A DNA stretch of 64,000 nucleotides from an uncultured delta proteobacterium (GCA_963848285.1 CAWKCZ010000007.1:361597-425596); one strand, 5' to 3'; shown: positions 11,019 to 23,110, counted from the first letter of the stretch. The notes: generated from the sequence alone by a model not told the origin. Numbers and translations: made by a program.

Positions 11019-11351
11019 TCAGGCGACCGTCGCGCGGACAATCGTGCCGAAATCGGTGCCTACAAAATGTAGCGGCGCGTCCTTGGTGCCGCCCGCCTCC
11101 CATTGGAAGCGCACCCGATCGCCATACGCATCGACGCCGTCCTTGAGCCGGAACTGGTAGGCGTCGTTGAAGCGCTCGTGCACCGTCGCGATCATCGCGC
11201 TGATGCCCTCGTGGCCGTCGCCGCTGCGATGCGGGTCGGTGTAGTTGGCATCCTCGGTCCAGGCCTTGGCGACCATCGCGCGGCGCTTGTCGGGATCGCG
11301 CTCGTTCCACGCGGCGATGTAACGTTCGACGGTTTCTTTGGGGTTGCTCAT
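11019..11351 (-). CDS. SnoaL-like / NTF2-fold protein (ketosteroid-isomerase-like); intact
   Basis: MSNPKETVERYIAAWNERDPDKRRAMVAKAWTEDANYTDP... Confidence 0.6.
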   Translation of the reverse strand: MSNPKETVERYIAAWNERDPDKRRAMVAKAWTEDANYTDPHRSGDGHEGISAMIATVHERFNDAYQFRLKDGVDAYGDRVRFQWEAGGTKDAPLHFVGTDFGTIVRATVA

Positions 11352-11502
11352 GACGCTACTCCTTGGTTATGCGATGTGTATGCGCATCATTTGCGCACGC
11401 GGAGGAGTCGCATCAATTACGTGCGAGGTAAGGGTCAAACGGCAGGGCCAGCAGTTTCGTCGCGCCGCGAACCCATCGTTCAATTGTTCGGACGGGGGAC
11501 GC

Positions 11503-11730
11503 GTTCTTGTCATCCTGATGCAAGCGGAGCGCAGCAGAAGGATCTCGAAACGCGACAATGCGCCTCGTCGTTCGAATGCGCCGACGACTTCCATCCTGCC
11601 CTGCCGATAGGCCGTGGCGGCAGCCGATCAGGAGGATCGCGATGTTCCAAGGATCGAGATCCTTCCGCTACGCTACGCTTGCGTCAGGATGACATGCAAC
11701 GGAACAGGCTCACCTCAGGATGACGCTGGG
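11503..11730. mobile_element. MITE-like element: inverted copies of TGTCATCCTGA(t/c)GCAAGCG...GAAGGATCTCGA (11503-11555 direct; 11650-11730 inverted, with an extra half copy) flanking a roughly 95-bp core
   Basis: Read directly from the sequence. Related element at 34428-34640. Small ORFs here give the recurring peptides EILPLRYACVRMT and EILLLRSACIRMT. Confidence 0.55.
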
Positions 11731-11734
11731 AAGG

Positions 11735-14700
11735 TCAGCCGGTGGCGGCTTCCTTGGCGGGCGTGTCGAGTTCGCGCTCCAGGCGCTCGATGTCGACGGG
11801 TGACAAGCTGAAGTATTTTGCGTCCGGATGATGGATCACCATCGCGCTCACCGAGGCTTCCGGATCCATCATGTAGCCCTCGGTCAGATGCACATCGACA
11901 TTCTGCTTATCCACTTCGAGCAGGCGGAAAATCTGTTCCTGATCTTCCATCCGCGGGCACGCCGGATAGCCCGGCGAGAAGCGATTACCGTGATAATGCG
12001 CCTGGAAGAGATCCTTTTTCGTGGTGCCGGCCGGATCGCCGATGCCCCACATCGCGCGGATTTTTTCGTGCAGCAGTTCCGCGAATGCCTCGGCGCCTTC
12101 GAGCCCGAGCACCTGCAGGATGTGCGAGCGCAGGTAGTCGCCGCTTGTTCTTCCATTCCTCGGCGAGCGCGCGGATGCCGGTGCCGATGGTGGTGATGAA
12201 AAAGTTCACGTAGTCGAGGCGTCCGGAATCGCGCGGCGCGATGTAGTCCGCGAGGCATAGCCCGGGCGCGTCGCTCTGGCGCCCGAAGATGAAGGTCTCG
12301 AGGACGTTCTTGCCGTCGGGCTGAGGATCATCAGCGGTGCGATCGCCGTCGGACTGCGCGGGGAAAAATTTGTAGATCGCGTTCGCGCTGATGTCGGCTG
12401 CGCGCGATCATCAGATGCGCAACTTCCTCGACCGCGTCGTTCAGCTCGCGCGCCTTCGCATCGCCGCTTGCGAGCGCCTCTTCGAAATTCTTGAAGCCGA
12501 GATGTTTCGCATACAGCGACTTGGGATTGATGTAGTCGAAAATCTCGCCGAGGTCGTAGTCGCGCAGCACGTGCAGCTTCAGGTCCGGAGGCCGCGGAAT
12601 CTCGATGTCGCGGCGCACGCTCGCGCGCACCGCCGGCTTGGTCGGCGCATCGATGACCTTCGAGGCGATGCGCCTGCAGCCGCTGCGTCTCCTCTTCGAG
12701 GCGAATCTTGAGCGACTCGCGCGCCTCGCGATCCATGATCTGATTCGCGAGGTCGAGCCCGTTCATCGCGTCGTTGGCGTATGCGACCAGCCCCGCATAC
12801 TCGGGCGCGATCTTGATCCGCGTGAAGCGATTGCTGAGCGCGGCGCCGCCGACCAGGATCGGGCACGCGATTTCCGCGGTCTTCAAATCCTGCGCCGTGA
12901 TGACCATCATCTGCGCCGACTTGACCAGCAGTCCCGAAAGCCCGATCGCGTCGGGGCGATGCTCGCGGAACGCCTTGATGAGATCCTCGGGCGGCACCTT
13001 GATGCCGAGGTTGACGACGTTGTAGCCGTTGTTGCCGAGGATGATCTCGACCAGATTTTTGCCGATGTCGTGAACGTCGCCCTTGACCGTCGCGAGGATG
13101 ATTTTGCCCTTGCTGACGTTCTCGCTCTTGGTCATGTGCGGCTCGAGATGCGCGACCGCGGCCTTCATCGCCTCGGCCGATTGCAGCACCTCGGCGACGA
13201 TCATCTGGTTGGCGTTGAACAGCCGCCCGACCTCATCCATGCCCTTCATCAACGGGCCGTTGATGATTTCGAGCGGGCCGCGCGCCTGCAGCGCCTCGTT
13301 CAAATCCTCGAAGAGGCCGTCCTTGGAACCCTCCAAAATGTAGAGCGCGAGGCGCTCGTCGAGCGGCAGCGAGCGGCGCTGCTCGACGGTCTCCTTGCCC
13401 TTGCGCTCGCGGAAATGCGCCGCGAACGCCGCGATCGGATCCTCGCCGCGCCACCAGATGAGATCCTCGGCGAGCTTGCGCTCTTCTTCCGGAATCGACG
13501 GGTAGCGTTCGAGCTTCTCCGAGTTGACGATCGCGAGGTCGAGCCCGGCCTGCACGCAGTGATACAGCATCACCGAGTTGAGAACTTCGCGCCCCGCCTC
13601 GGGCAGCCCGAACGAAACGTTGGAGACGCCGAGGACGGTTTTGCAATTCGGCAGCGCCTGCTTGATGAGCCGGATGCCTTCGATCGTCTCGACGCCGGAG
13701 CCGATGTAATTTTTGTCGCCGGTGCCGACCGGGAACACCAGCGGATCGAAGATGATGTCCTCGGGCTCGACGCCGTACTTTTCGGTGAGCAGCTGGAACG
13801 AGCGCTGCGCGACTTGCAGTTTGCGCTCGCGCGTGACCGCCTGCGCCTGCTGCTTGTCCTCGTCGATACATCCGACCACCAGCGCCGCGCCGAAGCGCCG
13901 CGCCATCGGCACCACTTTCTTGAAGCGCTCTTCGCCGTCTTCGAGGTTGATCGAATTGATGATCGCCTTGCCCTGCGAGCGCTTGAGCGATTCCTCGATG
14001 ACCGCCGCATCGGTCGAATCGATCATCAGCGGAACTTTGATTTTCTTGACCAGGATGTCGAGGAAGGTGGTGATGTCGGCCATCTCGTTGCGATCGGGGT
14101 CCTGCAGGCATACGTCGAGGACGTGCGCGCCCTTGCGCACCTGCGCGCGCCCGATTTCCGAGGCTTCCTCGAACTTGCCCTGCGCGATGAGGCGCTTGAA
14201 CTTGCGGCTGCCGAGCACGTTGGTGCGCTCGCCGACGATCACCGGACGCGTGTCGTTGTCGATCACCAGCGTCTCGATTCCCGAGACGACCGAGCGCCGC
14301 AGCGTCGAGGGCATGCGCGGCTTCTTGCCCGCGACCGCATCGGCCAGCAGCTTGATGTGCTCGGGCGTGGTCCCGCAGCATCCGCCGACGAGGTTCACCC
14401 ATCCGTTGTCGATGAAGCGCGCGACCTTGGCCGCGAACATCTCGGGCGTCTCGTTGTACTTGCCCTCCTCGTCGGGCAGGCCGGCGTTGGGGACGCATGC
14501 GACATCGAAGCGGCAGATCTCCGAGAGCGTGCGCAGATGATCGGTCATGAAGTCCGGGCCGGTCGCGCAGTTGAGCCCCATCCACAAGAGATCGCGATGC
14601 GCGAGCGAGACGTAAAACGCCTCGATGTCCTGCCCGGCGAGCAGCGTGCCCATCGTCTCGACGGTGCCCTGCACCGAAACCGCGACCGGCGCGCCGGTCT

Positions 14701-15266
14701 TCTTAATCGCGCGCTCGATGCCGGTCAGGATGGCTTTGACGTTGACGGTATCCTGCATGGTTTCGAGCAGGAGCACATCGACGCCGCCCTCGATGAGGCC
14801 GAGCGCCTGCGCTTCATAGGCATCGGCGACCTGATCGAAGGTGATGCCGCCGGTGACGGAAATGGTCTTGGTGCCGGGGCCCATCGAGCCGATGACGAAG
14901 CGCGGTTTGTCGGGAGTGCTGAAGGCGTCGGCTTCGAGCGCGGGCGAGCTCGGCGGCGCGCTGATTGATTCGATGGGTTTGGTCCGCGAGACTGTACTCG
15001 CCGAGGACGTAGGGGATTGCGCCAAAGGTCGCGGTTTCGATAAGGTCGGCGCCCACTTCGAGGAAGCTTTGATGCATCTTGCGGATAGCGTCGGGGCGGG
15101 TGAGGACGACGTTTTCGTTGCAGCCCTCGTATTGCGGGCCGCCGAAGTCCTCGGGTCCGAAATTGAGCCCCTGGATATAGGTGCCGAACGCGCCGTCGAT
15201 CACGAGGATGCGCTGCGCCAGCAACTCCCGAAGGAGCTTTATTCGAGCAGGGTCAGTCAGCATCAA
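11735..15266 (-). CDS. metH: Cobalamin-dependent methionine synthase, all domains present; many frameshifts
   Basis: Hcy-binding N-terminus (14814..15266), pterin/B12 domains in the 939-aa ORF 12206..15025 and activation domain (11735..12112) are separated by frame changes around 12206-12330 and 14814-15025. Confidence 0.9.
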
Positions 15267-15361
15267 AGCCTCGAAATCTGGTTAAGACGAACCTCGAAGT
15301 TTAACCCAGTGACTGCAGCCCTCGCAATTTAGCCATCTTCGCGATCAAAAGCTGCACGCGC

Positions 15362-16260
15362 ATGAGCGCGAACCGAACCGTATTGGTTACCGGAGGCGCC
15401 GGTTTTGTCGGCTCCAACCTGGTCGACGAACTCCTCGCCCGCGACCTGCGAGGTGCGCGTCGATCGATAACTTCGCGACCGGCAGCCGCAAGAACCTCAA
15501 TCCTCGCGCCGAGCTGATCGAGGCCGACATCCGCGACGGCGAGGCGATCCGGGCGGCCTTCGAGGGCGTCGATTGCGTATTTCACGTCGCCGCGCTGCCG
15601 CGAATTCCGCTCTCGATCGCCAAGCCGGTCGAGACGCATATGACGAATGTGGTCGGCACTCTGAATGTGCTCATCGCGGCGCGCGATGCCAAGGTGCGGC
15701 GGGTCATCTATTCGGGGTCATCATCTGTATATGGCGACCAGACCGTCGATGCCGCTGGTCGAGACGATGACGCCCAACCCGCTCAATCCTTACGCGCTGC
15801 AGAAGTACGTCGGCGAGCAATACACGCGGATGTTCCATCGGCTGTTCGCGATGGAGACCCTCACGCTGCGCTACTTTAACGTCTACGGCCCGCGGATGGC
15901 GTCCGAGGGCGCTTACGTCACGGTCATTTCCGCCTTCATGGCGGCGCGGCAAGCGCGGCGAGCCGCTGCAAATCCATGGCGACGGCGAGCAGACCCGCGA
16001 TTTCACCCACGTCAGCGACATCGTCGCGGCGAACATCCTCGCGATGGATGCCCCGACTGCGGATGGCCGCGCGATCAACGTCGGCGCCGGACGCAATGTC
16101 AGCATCAATCGCATCGCGGACCTCATCGGAGGTCAGCGGGTGCGCGATGGAAGGGCGCAAGGGCGACATGCGCAACACGCTGGCCGATACCACCGAGGCC
16201 TCGCGCATCCTGGGATGGCGTCCGCAGGTCTCGGTCGAGGAAGGGGTCCGCAGCTGCTGA
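15362..16260 (+). CDS. NAD-dependent epimerase/dehydratase (GalE/WbpP-like); about 4 frameshifts
   Basis: MSANRTVLVTGGAGFVGSNLVDELLARD / ...VRVIDNFATGSRKNL...VFHVAALPRIPLSIAKP / ...NPYALQKYVGEQYTRMF...YFNVYGPRM / ...HGDGEQTRDFTHVSDIVAANI / ...ASRILGWRPQVSVEEGVRSC*. Confidence 0.75.
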
Positions 16261-16532
16261 CCGCGCAGGGCCCTACGGTCGGTAGGACTCCCATCCGAGG
16301 ATCGGGCGATCTCATAGCGGCGCCTTCGAGTGAAGCGATCCACCATCGGGGATTTGCGACATCTTGTAGCGCGATGCGCTCACAAATTGGCGCATTCGGT
16401 GACGCATGCAATTCCTCGAAAGTCCTTTCCGCAAAACTTCAGGCGATGTGCGATCGTTCTACCCCTGAGACAGTTTAGACTGCATAGCGTGACTAAACGA
16501 TCTTGATTTGGTACTCAACACTTTGTAGCATT

Positions 16533-16563
16533 AACGCACATTGTATACTGATTAAAGCTCTTC
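16533..16563 (+). promoter_or_regulatory. Candidate sigma70-like promoter (TTGTAG - 15/16 nt - TATACT) in the AT-richer region upstream of the tadG-like gene
   Basis: Hexamers read in the sequence; the spacer is slightly short. Weak call. Confidence 0.2.
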
Positions 16564-16627
16564 AACGTCAGTGGCGGCACGTCGTTGCTTAAGAGGCGGG
16601 CACTATTCGCTGCTAGAGGTTTTGAAA

Positions 16628-18431
16628 ATGAAATTCGTTCGCAAGCCGACGGAGGCAGGTCATTGTTATCGTCGCACTTTCGGTGACGGTATCTGCTCGG
16701 GTTTATGGGATTGGCCACCGATGTGGGCGTTCTGTGGGCGATCAAGCGCAAGGCCCAAACCGCGGCCGATGCCGCCGCGGTCGCCGGCGTAAATGCGACC
16801 ATGAACCACCCAGGCCGAATTACTCGACGGCGGCGACCGATGTCGCGAGCCTTAACGGATTCACCAACGGGCCAGAACAACATCGTAGCTGACTACCCAG
16901 CCAGAATACTCCCACCGGCTACCCCGCGGGGACTTATGTTCAGGTCGAGATCACCGGACCGGTTAAGACCTTATTTCCTGGGCGTGATTGGATACAGGAC
17001 GATTAACGTCGGGGTCAGCGCTTTGGCCGGCAATACCAGCGGTCCTAACACCATCATCGCGATGAATGGGTCCGGGACCGGCGTCACCATCGATGGGCCT
17101 TCGGTGAATGTGACCTGCGGCGTCATCAGCAATTCCAGCAGCTCTCAGTCCCTGACGGTCAACAATGGCGGCTCGATAACCGCAGGCAGTATCGCGGTAG
17201 TTGGCGGGACCAGCGGCACGGTGCCTTCCAACGTCAAAACTCACGTGCGCGCCAGTGCAAAATCCCTTCAGCAACTGGACTCCGCCATCGCCGCACAGTT
17301 GCACCCGCCAAAGCACCAACAACAGCGGGACCAACACGATAACGACCACCTGCACCGTCCCCTCCAATACGGTCTATTCGGGCGGCAGCAGCGATTGCGG
17401 CCATTCCATCCAGTCACCATACAATTCGCACACCCACAGCTACACTCCGATTACGGTAACCTTTTCGGGTGGGAACTGCGGCAATCACATCAGTTGCGGC
17501 GGCTCCGGCCAGTCCACCTGCCAGAACGTGACCTGCAACTTCAATCCCGGCCAATATCAATGTGTGAATACTCGCGGCGGCTGGGGCGGATTCGGGGCAG
17601 CGCCGCTCCGGCTTCATGTATGCCGAAGCGCCGGATGATTGGGCGGCGACTGGGGAAATGCGTCGTTAGGCTTCGTTCGCACGGCGGCAGCGGCAGATGC
17701 AATGGGGCGGGCGTTTCGAGAAAGTCTGGGGATCTTCGGGACCGTGACCCCCAGCATCGAAATCGGGCCCAATGCCTCGAGCTGCACCGCGAACTTCAGC
17801 TCCGGCACCTATACCTTCCTCGGCAATGTTTCGATCTGCGGGAACAACACCGTCAACCTGCAGCCCGGCACCTACTGCGGCGGCATCACCATCGCCGATG
17901 ACTCAAATGGCAATAGCCCTACGGTAAACTTCGCTCCGGGAACTTACGTCTGCGGTGGTGGCGGCCTGAACGTCTCAGGCCATTGCACCTTGTCGCGGCA
18001 CCGGATGCACCTTCCACAACACCGCTGATACCTCGAGCGAGGGATACTCCAACGGCCCCATCAACTGCGGCGGCAACTCAGGCGATAGCGTTCATTGCAC
18101 CCTGAGCGCGCCGACCTCGGGTTCCTGCAAGGGAATGCTGTTCACCCAGGATAGGTCCGATCGGTGGCGGCAGCACTGCACGGATGGGGTTGGCACTCCG
18201 GGTTCGGAAATTGCACCATCAAGTGCGACTCCTCCTCGACCTGCGATGGAGCATGTTACACTCCCGAACGCCAAATGCACTTTCTCTGGGAATTCGAGCA
18301 GCCATGGCTATACCATCGTAGTCGCCGATTCGGTGACCTTGACTGGGAATACCACGCAGACTCATCATTGCGACTATTCCTCGCTCTCGAATGGGATCGG
18401 ACCCATCATGACCAGCGCGCTGTTCAAGTAG
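16628..18431 (+). CDS. TadG-like minor pilin / pilus tip protein (Tad_N motif) with a Cys-rich C-terminal region; at least 6 frameshifts
   Basis: ...GLATDVGVLWAIKRKAQTAADAAAVAGVNATMNHPG / YSTAATDVASLNGFTNG / QNNIVADYP...AMNGSGTGVTIDGPSVNVTCGVISNSSSSQSLTVNNGGSITAGSIAVVGGTSGTVPSNVKTHVRASA / ...CTVPSNTVYSGGSSDCG...GGNCGNHISCGGSGQSTCQNVTCNFNPGQYQC / ...PGTYCGGITIADDSNGNSPTVNFAPGTYVCGGGGLNVSGHCTL / ...GPIMTSALFK*. Confidence 0.6.
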
Positions 18432-18454
18432 ACAGAGGGATAAGGGGGGACTCC

Positions 18455-18920
18455 GTGCGAGGGGCGTTCGAAAATTCAAGGCGAGGACAGGCATGCGACC
18501 GAGCTGGCGTTCTCGGTTCCGGTGCTTGGCTTGTTGCTGATCGGGACAGCGGATTTCGGGCGCGCCTTCTTACTTCAACCAGGAAGTGGTCGCGGCCGCG
18601 CGGGCCGGTGCGCAGTATGGCTCCCAGAGCGTTGCCACCGCCGCCGACACCAGCGGATCTAAAGTGCGGCGGCGCTGGCAAATGCCGCCAACGTTCCCGG
18701 GTTCGACCAGCAACACCACCTCCAGCTCCTGCACCTGTCAGTCGCCGGTTCCGACCGGAGAGACCGCTTGCGCACTACCATACTGCAATGGCGCCAATTC
18801 GCAGGCGACCTATGTGACTGTGACGCACACCGCGACCTTCAGAACCCTGATGCAACTATCCCGGCGTTCCGCATTCGAACGCCATGTCGGGCACAGGCCA
18901 TTATGCAGGTTCAGGAATAG
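18455..18920 (+). CDS. TadE-like pseudopilin; frameshifted; GTG start with GGGGGGA ribosome-binding site
   Basis: VRGAFENSRRGQA / TELAFSVPVLGLLLIGTADFGRAFYF / EVVAAARAGAQYGSQSVATAADTSG / ...SSCTCQSPVPTGETACALPYCNGANSQATYVTVTHTATFRTL. Confidence 0.6.
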
Positions 18921-18926
18921 GGAGCC

Positions 18927-19326
18927 ATGACGCGCCGCTGCTGCAGGTGACGTTGGATTGGTCCCCGGGCCAGACGGCGGTGGAGTTTGCGTTCGTCGCG
19001 ACCGCCCTCCTGCTATTGCTTAGCGCCGTGATGATGATGGGCGGAGGCGGTGATGGCATACAACAGCATGTCATCCGCCGCCGAGGAAGCGGTCCGCTAT
19101 GCGGTCGCCTATGGGCCTAACAGTCCGAGTCCCGCCAGTCGCAGGCCACCATCGAGCAAGTCGCGGTCAACATCGCGCCCCAGTTGCATCTGACCGCCAC
19201 CGCAGCCGGCAAGTGCCAGCGGCAACGTCACCTCGAGCTGGGTGACCGATGCCAACATGCGCGACGCGACAGGATGCCAAGGTAGTGATCAACTACAACT
19301 ACACCCTCAAGATTCCCTTCATGTAG
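18927..19326 (+). CDS. Second TadE-like pseudopilin; frameshifted
   Basis: MTRR / LLQVTLDWSPGQTAVEFAFVATALLLLLSAVMMMG / MAYNSMSSAAEEAVRYAVAYGPNSPSPA / QATIEQVAVNIAPQLHLTATAAGK / ...AKVVINYNYTLKIPFM*. Confidence 0.6.
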
Positions 19327-19397
19327 CTCGGTGACGCTGCATCTGAGCGCGACTTCGCAGATGATGGCGTCGCAGTAGGTCCCGTCACCGTCTTAGC

Positions 19398-19425
19398 CGG
19401 CGCTCGCGCCCCTTTTTCGCTCGGC
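19398..19425 (+). terminator. Candidate intrinsic terminator GGCGCTCGCGCCCCTTTTTCGC after the pilin genes
   Basis: GC stem followed by a T-run. Confidence 0.35.
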
Positions 19426-19471
19426 TTTTAATACCCGCGCGCTTGAGATAACGAAGGGCGGGAGCTTTATC

Positions 19472-20290
19472 ATGTCCAACCCCTATTACAAGCAACATTG
19501 GATCGAGATCGAACCCGAACGCCACGCCGCTTACGACCAGATCCTCGGTTATCATCCGGCGCTGGAGCCGATTATTCAGCCCCTGGAGCTGCGACCCGGG
19601 CTTGCGCGTGCTCGATGTTGGCTCCGGCCCCGCGCATACCACCATGGAACTGGCGCGCCGGGTCGCGCCCTCGGGCAAGGTGAGGGCGTCGACATCAATG
19701 CGGAATTCATTGCGCGAGCGACCTCGCGCGCCCGCGAGGCGAAGCTTCCGATCGAATTCACTCATAGCGGATTTCCGCCGTTGCCGTTTCCCGCCGCGAG
19801 CTTCGACCGCGTGTTCTGCAAAAATGTTCTTGAGTATGTCGATTCGGCCGCCGATACGGTCGATGGAAATGGCGCGGGTAACGGCGCCCGGAGGCATCGT
19901 GGTTGCCTCGGACAGCGACTGGGACATGATGGTGCTCGAAACCGGCGCGGCCAACCGTGAACGCAACGAGCGCGTGCTTGCGGCATCGAAATCCATCGCG
20001 ATCAAGGAACCGCGCATCGGACGGATGCTGTTCGGTCTGTTCCGCGACGCGGGCCTGACCGACGTCAAAGTCGAAATCATGGCGGGCGCGGATACCGCGG
20101 GTCGCGCGCTGCCGATGTTGAAAGCGAGTTTCTCGCGCTATGCGCACGATTCGGGCCGCGTCGCCGAGGCGGAAGTCGCCGCATGGCTGCGCCTCGAGTC
20201 GAGCGCGCGATCGAAGAGGGAAGGTTTTTTTTCGTGTTGCCGCAGTTCGTGGTGCGCGGCGTTAAGAAAAGTCGATGGAACTGCGCGACA
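19472..20290 (+). CDS. Class I SAM-dependent methyltransferase; frameshifted
   Basis: ...LELRPGLRVLDVGSGPAHTTMELARRVAPSGKV / EGVDINAEFIARATSRAREAKLPIEFTHSGFPPLPFPAASFDRVFCKNVLEYV / ...MEMARVTAPGGIVVASDSDWDMMVLET... Confidence 0.6.
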
Positions 20291-20317
20291 ATGCCTGCTA
20301 ATCGGACAGGAGTAACT

Positions 20318-21064
20318 ATGGTCGATAGCGTGGCTCGCATTCCTCGATAGTCTGATGGCGGTTGCGATGCTCGGGGCCGGCATCTTCGGCGCGCATTGGC
20401 GATATTTTACCCCGTTCAGCGGCTTCCAGATGTTCCTGCTCGGGATTCCTGTTGGGGGCCATTGCGTTGGTAATCGGACTGATCGGAATCTTCGCCACCC
20501 GCAAGTCCGCTGCGATCCGAGCGCCCGTCAGCGCGCGAGAGTGGGCACCGTGGTCGGCCTGCTGATGGTCATTGCCGGTCGTATGGCTCATCGCTCACCG
20601 GCCCCAAAGTTCCCGCGATCAACGACATCACCACTGATTTCGACAATCCTCCCGGAGTTCACCCACGCTCTAGGAAATGAATCGAACCACGGGCGCGACA
20701 TGAAATACGACAAGCGCGAAATATGCCGATCGCCAGTTGCACGGTTATGGTCCGCTCGCGCCGCTTAAGATGCCGGAATCGCCCGACGACGCATTCAAGA
20801 CGGTGCAGCAAACCGCCGCGCAAATGCCCACCTGGACCGTCACGGTGACCGATCCGGCGACCCGCACTATCGAAGGCTACTCGACCTCGAAGTCTGTTTC
20901 ATTTCAGACGACGATTTCATCATTGAGGTGCGGGCCGGTGCGGGGACTGGCAGCCTGGTGCGAGATGCGCTCCAAATCGCGCGACGGCATCGGCGATCAT
21001 GGCGTCAACTACAAGCGCATCAAGGGTTTCTTCGCGGCGCGTTCGCCCAGCTTCGAGCGGCTAG
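20318..21064 (+). CDS. DUF1499-family protein; frameshifted
   Basis: N-terminal TM segments, then ...PPEFTHALGNESNHGRDMKYDKREI / ...LHGYGPLAPLKMPESPDDAFKTVQQTAAQMPTWTVTVTDPATRTIEGYSTSKSVSFQTT / ...RSKSRDGIGDHGVNYKRIKGFFAARSPSFERL*. Confidence 0.55.
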
Positions 21065-21223
21065 CGCAACTGCACGAGCCTGACTTACAGATGTACGCCG
21101 TCTTGTACCGAGCTCCTTCGCTAAGGCTGGGCGGGTCCCGCTTGACGGCGCAGCGCCGAGGATGAAAGCTTTCAGACTAGGTCCCGATCCTTGACGGAAT
21201 CCACGGAAGACGAAGGAAGAATC

Positions 21224-22166
21224 ATGGCAAAACAAAAATTGCGCTGGCACTCTCGGCGATGCCCGATACTCCACCGCAGACCATCATCGACCTCTCCAAG
21301 AGCGCCGAGGACAACGGCTTCGCCGGCGTCTTCATGACCGAGGCCGGCAACGATTCGCTCGCCTACTGCCTCGGCGTCGGCGCGCATACCCGGACCGTCA
21401 AGCTCGGCACCGCGATCACCAACATCTACTTGCGGCATCCCGCGCTGCTCGCCAACGAGGCCGCGGCGGTGCAGGAGTTTACCGGCGGCCGCTTCATCCT
21501 CGGCCTCGGCACCGGGCATCGCGAGATGAACACCATCCTCGGCATCGAGATGGGCGAGCCGATGGCGAAGATGCGCGAGGTCGTCGCCACTTTGCGCAAA
21601 GCGATCGACGGCGGCCGCACCGGCCCGAAAGTCACCTCGAAGCTGCCCATCTACCTCGCGGGCGTTTCCGCCGATGGTGAAACTCGCCGGCGAAATCGCC
21701 GACGGCGTCATCTTCAATTTCTTCCCGCCCGCGCGCGTCAAGCAGGCGCTGGGCGAATTGGCCGAAGGCGCGCAAGAAGGCAAATCGCAACGTCGCCGAC
21801 ATCGAGCCGACGCTGTTCGCGACCGCGTTCATTTCCGATGACCTCGAAGCGGCGCGGCGTCCCGCGCGCAAGCTGCTTTCGCGTTACGGCGCGTTGCGCT
21901 TTTACGGCAACATGCTCGCCAACGCGGGCTTCAGAAGCGAGATCGAAGGCATCCGCGCGGCCGGCCGCGACGAACCGAAAGCGATGGCGGCGGTGAGCGA
22001 CAACATGATCGATTCCGCGCTGCTGGTCGGACCCGAATCGCGCATCCGCGATCGCCTCGCGGAGCTGGCCGCCCCGGGCCTCGGCACCGTGATCGTGTTC
22101 GTCAATCCGGTAAACGAGGATCGCGTGAGCGGCAACAAGCGCGCCATCCGCGCGTTGAAGTCTTAG
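21224..22166 (+). CDS. LLM-class (luciferase-like) flavin/F420-dependent oxidoreductase; 3 frameshifts
   Basis: ...FAGVFMTEAGNDSLAYCLGVGAHTRTVKLGTAITNIYLRHPALLANEAAAVQEFTGGRFILGLGTGH / VKLAGEIADGVIFNFFPPARVKQALGELAEG / ...YGNMLANAGFRSEIEGIRAAGRDE...TVIVFVNPVNEDRVSGNKRAIRALKS*. Confidence 0.7.
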
Positions 22167-22330
22167 AAGCATGTGTGAGGCAGAGACCACGTGAGGCACA
22201 GAGACACGCGAGGGCAAGAAGCCAGCGAATCGGCAAGGCGTATCCGGCGTATATTTTCTGCTCGCCTCTCTAAGTGGCGCGCAGCGCCGCTGTGGCGGCT
22301 TCTGCGTCAGCGAAGAGGATCAAAACTATT

Positions 22331-23110
22331 ATGCCATATGCAATCGTCACCGGCGGTGCACGCGGATTCGGCCTCGGAATCGTCAAGGCGCTGTTCGAAC
22401 ACAACGTCGTCGATGAGGTCGCGGTAATCGATCTCAGCCTCGCGCCGGCGCCCGACGCGATCGCGAACAAGGTCCACGGCTTCACCGCCGATGTGACCGA
22501 CGAAAAGCAGGTCCATCAGGCGGTCGAGGCGATCGTCGCGAAGCTCGGACCGAATCCGCCGTGCTATGCAACAACGCCGGTGGCGGACGAGCGAGCATGG
22601 TTCGAGCATGGGCGCGAAGGCGAATGGGAAACCGTCGAAATTTTTCGCCGCTATGTCGATCTGAACCTGAACTCGGTGCATATCGTGACGCGCGAGGTCG
22701 CGCCGCGAATGAAAGCGGGTGCGGCGATTTGCAACACCGCCTCGATCGCCGGCCAGCTCGCGAGCCCGTTCCTCGCGGCCTACGCGGCCGCCAAAGCTGG
22801 CGTAATTTCCTACAGCAAGACCTGCGCGCTGCAGCTCGGGCCCAAGGGCATCCGCGTCAATGCGGTCGCGCCCGGCCTCATCTATACGCAAGGTGTGGGA
22901 AGACCTCGGCGCGGCGCTCGGCGGTGGCGATGCGAAGGCACGTGCGACCTTCGAGGAAACAGTGAGAAGCATCGTGCCGCTCGGGCGCGAGCAGACCATG
23001 CAGGACATCGGGCGCACGGTCGCGTGGCTATGCTCCGAACAGGCGCAAAATGTTACTGGCCAGATAATCGCCATCGATGGCGGCATTACCCTGGGCGCCG
23101 CTTCGACCGC
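22331..23110 (+). CDS. SDR-family oxidoreductase; 2 frameshifts
   Basis: MPYAIVTGGARGFGLGIVKAL / VLCNNAGG...ICNTASIAGQLASPFLAAYAAAKAGVISYSKTCALQLGPKGIRVNAVAPGLIYT / ...NVTGQIIAIDGGITLGAA. Confidence 0.65.

Noticed and set aside
12605-14968. 787-aa ORF on the + strand
   Set aside because: It is antisense to the clearly recognisable metH gene and is low-complexity and Arg/Ala/Asp-rich. It is a typical spurious long ORF of high-GC DNA.
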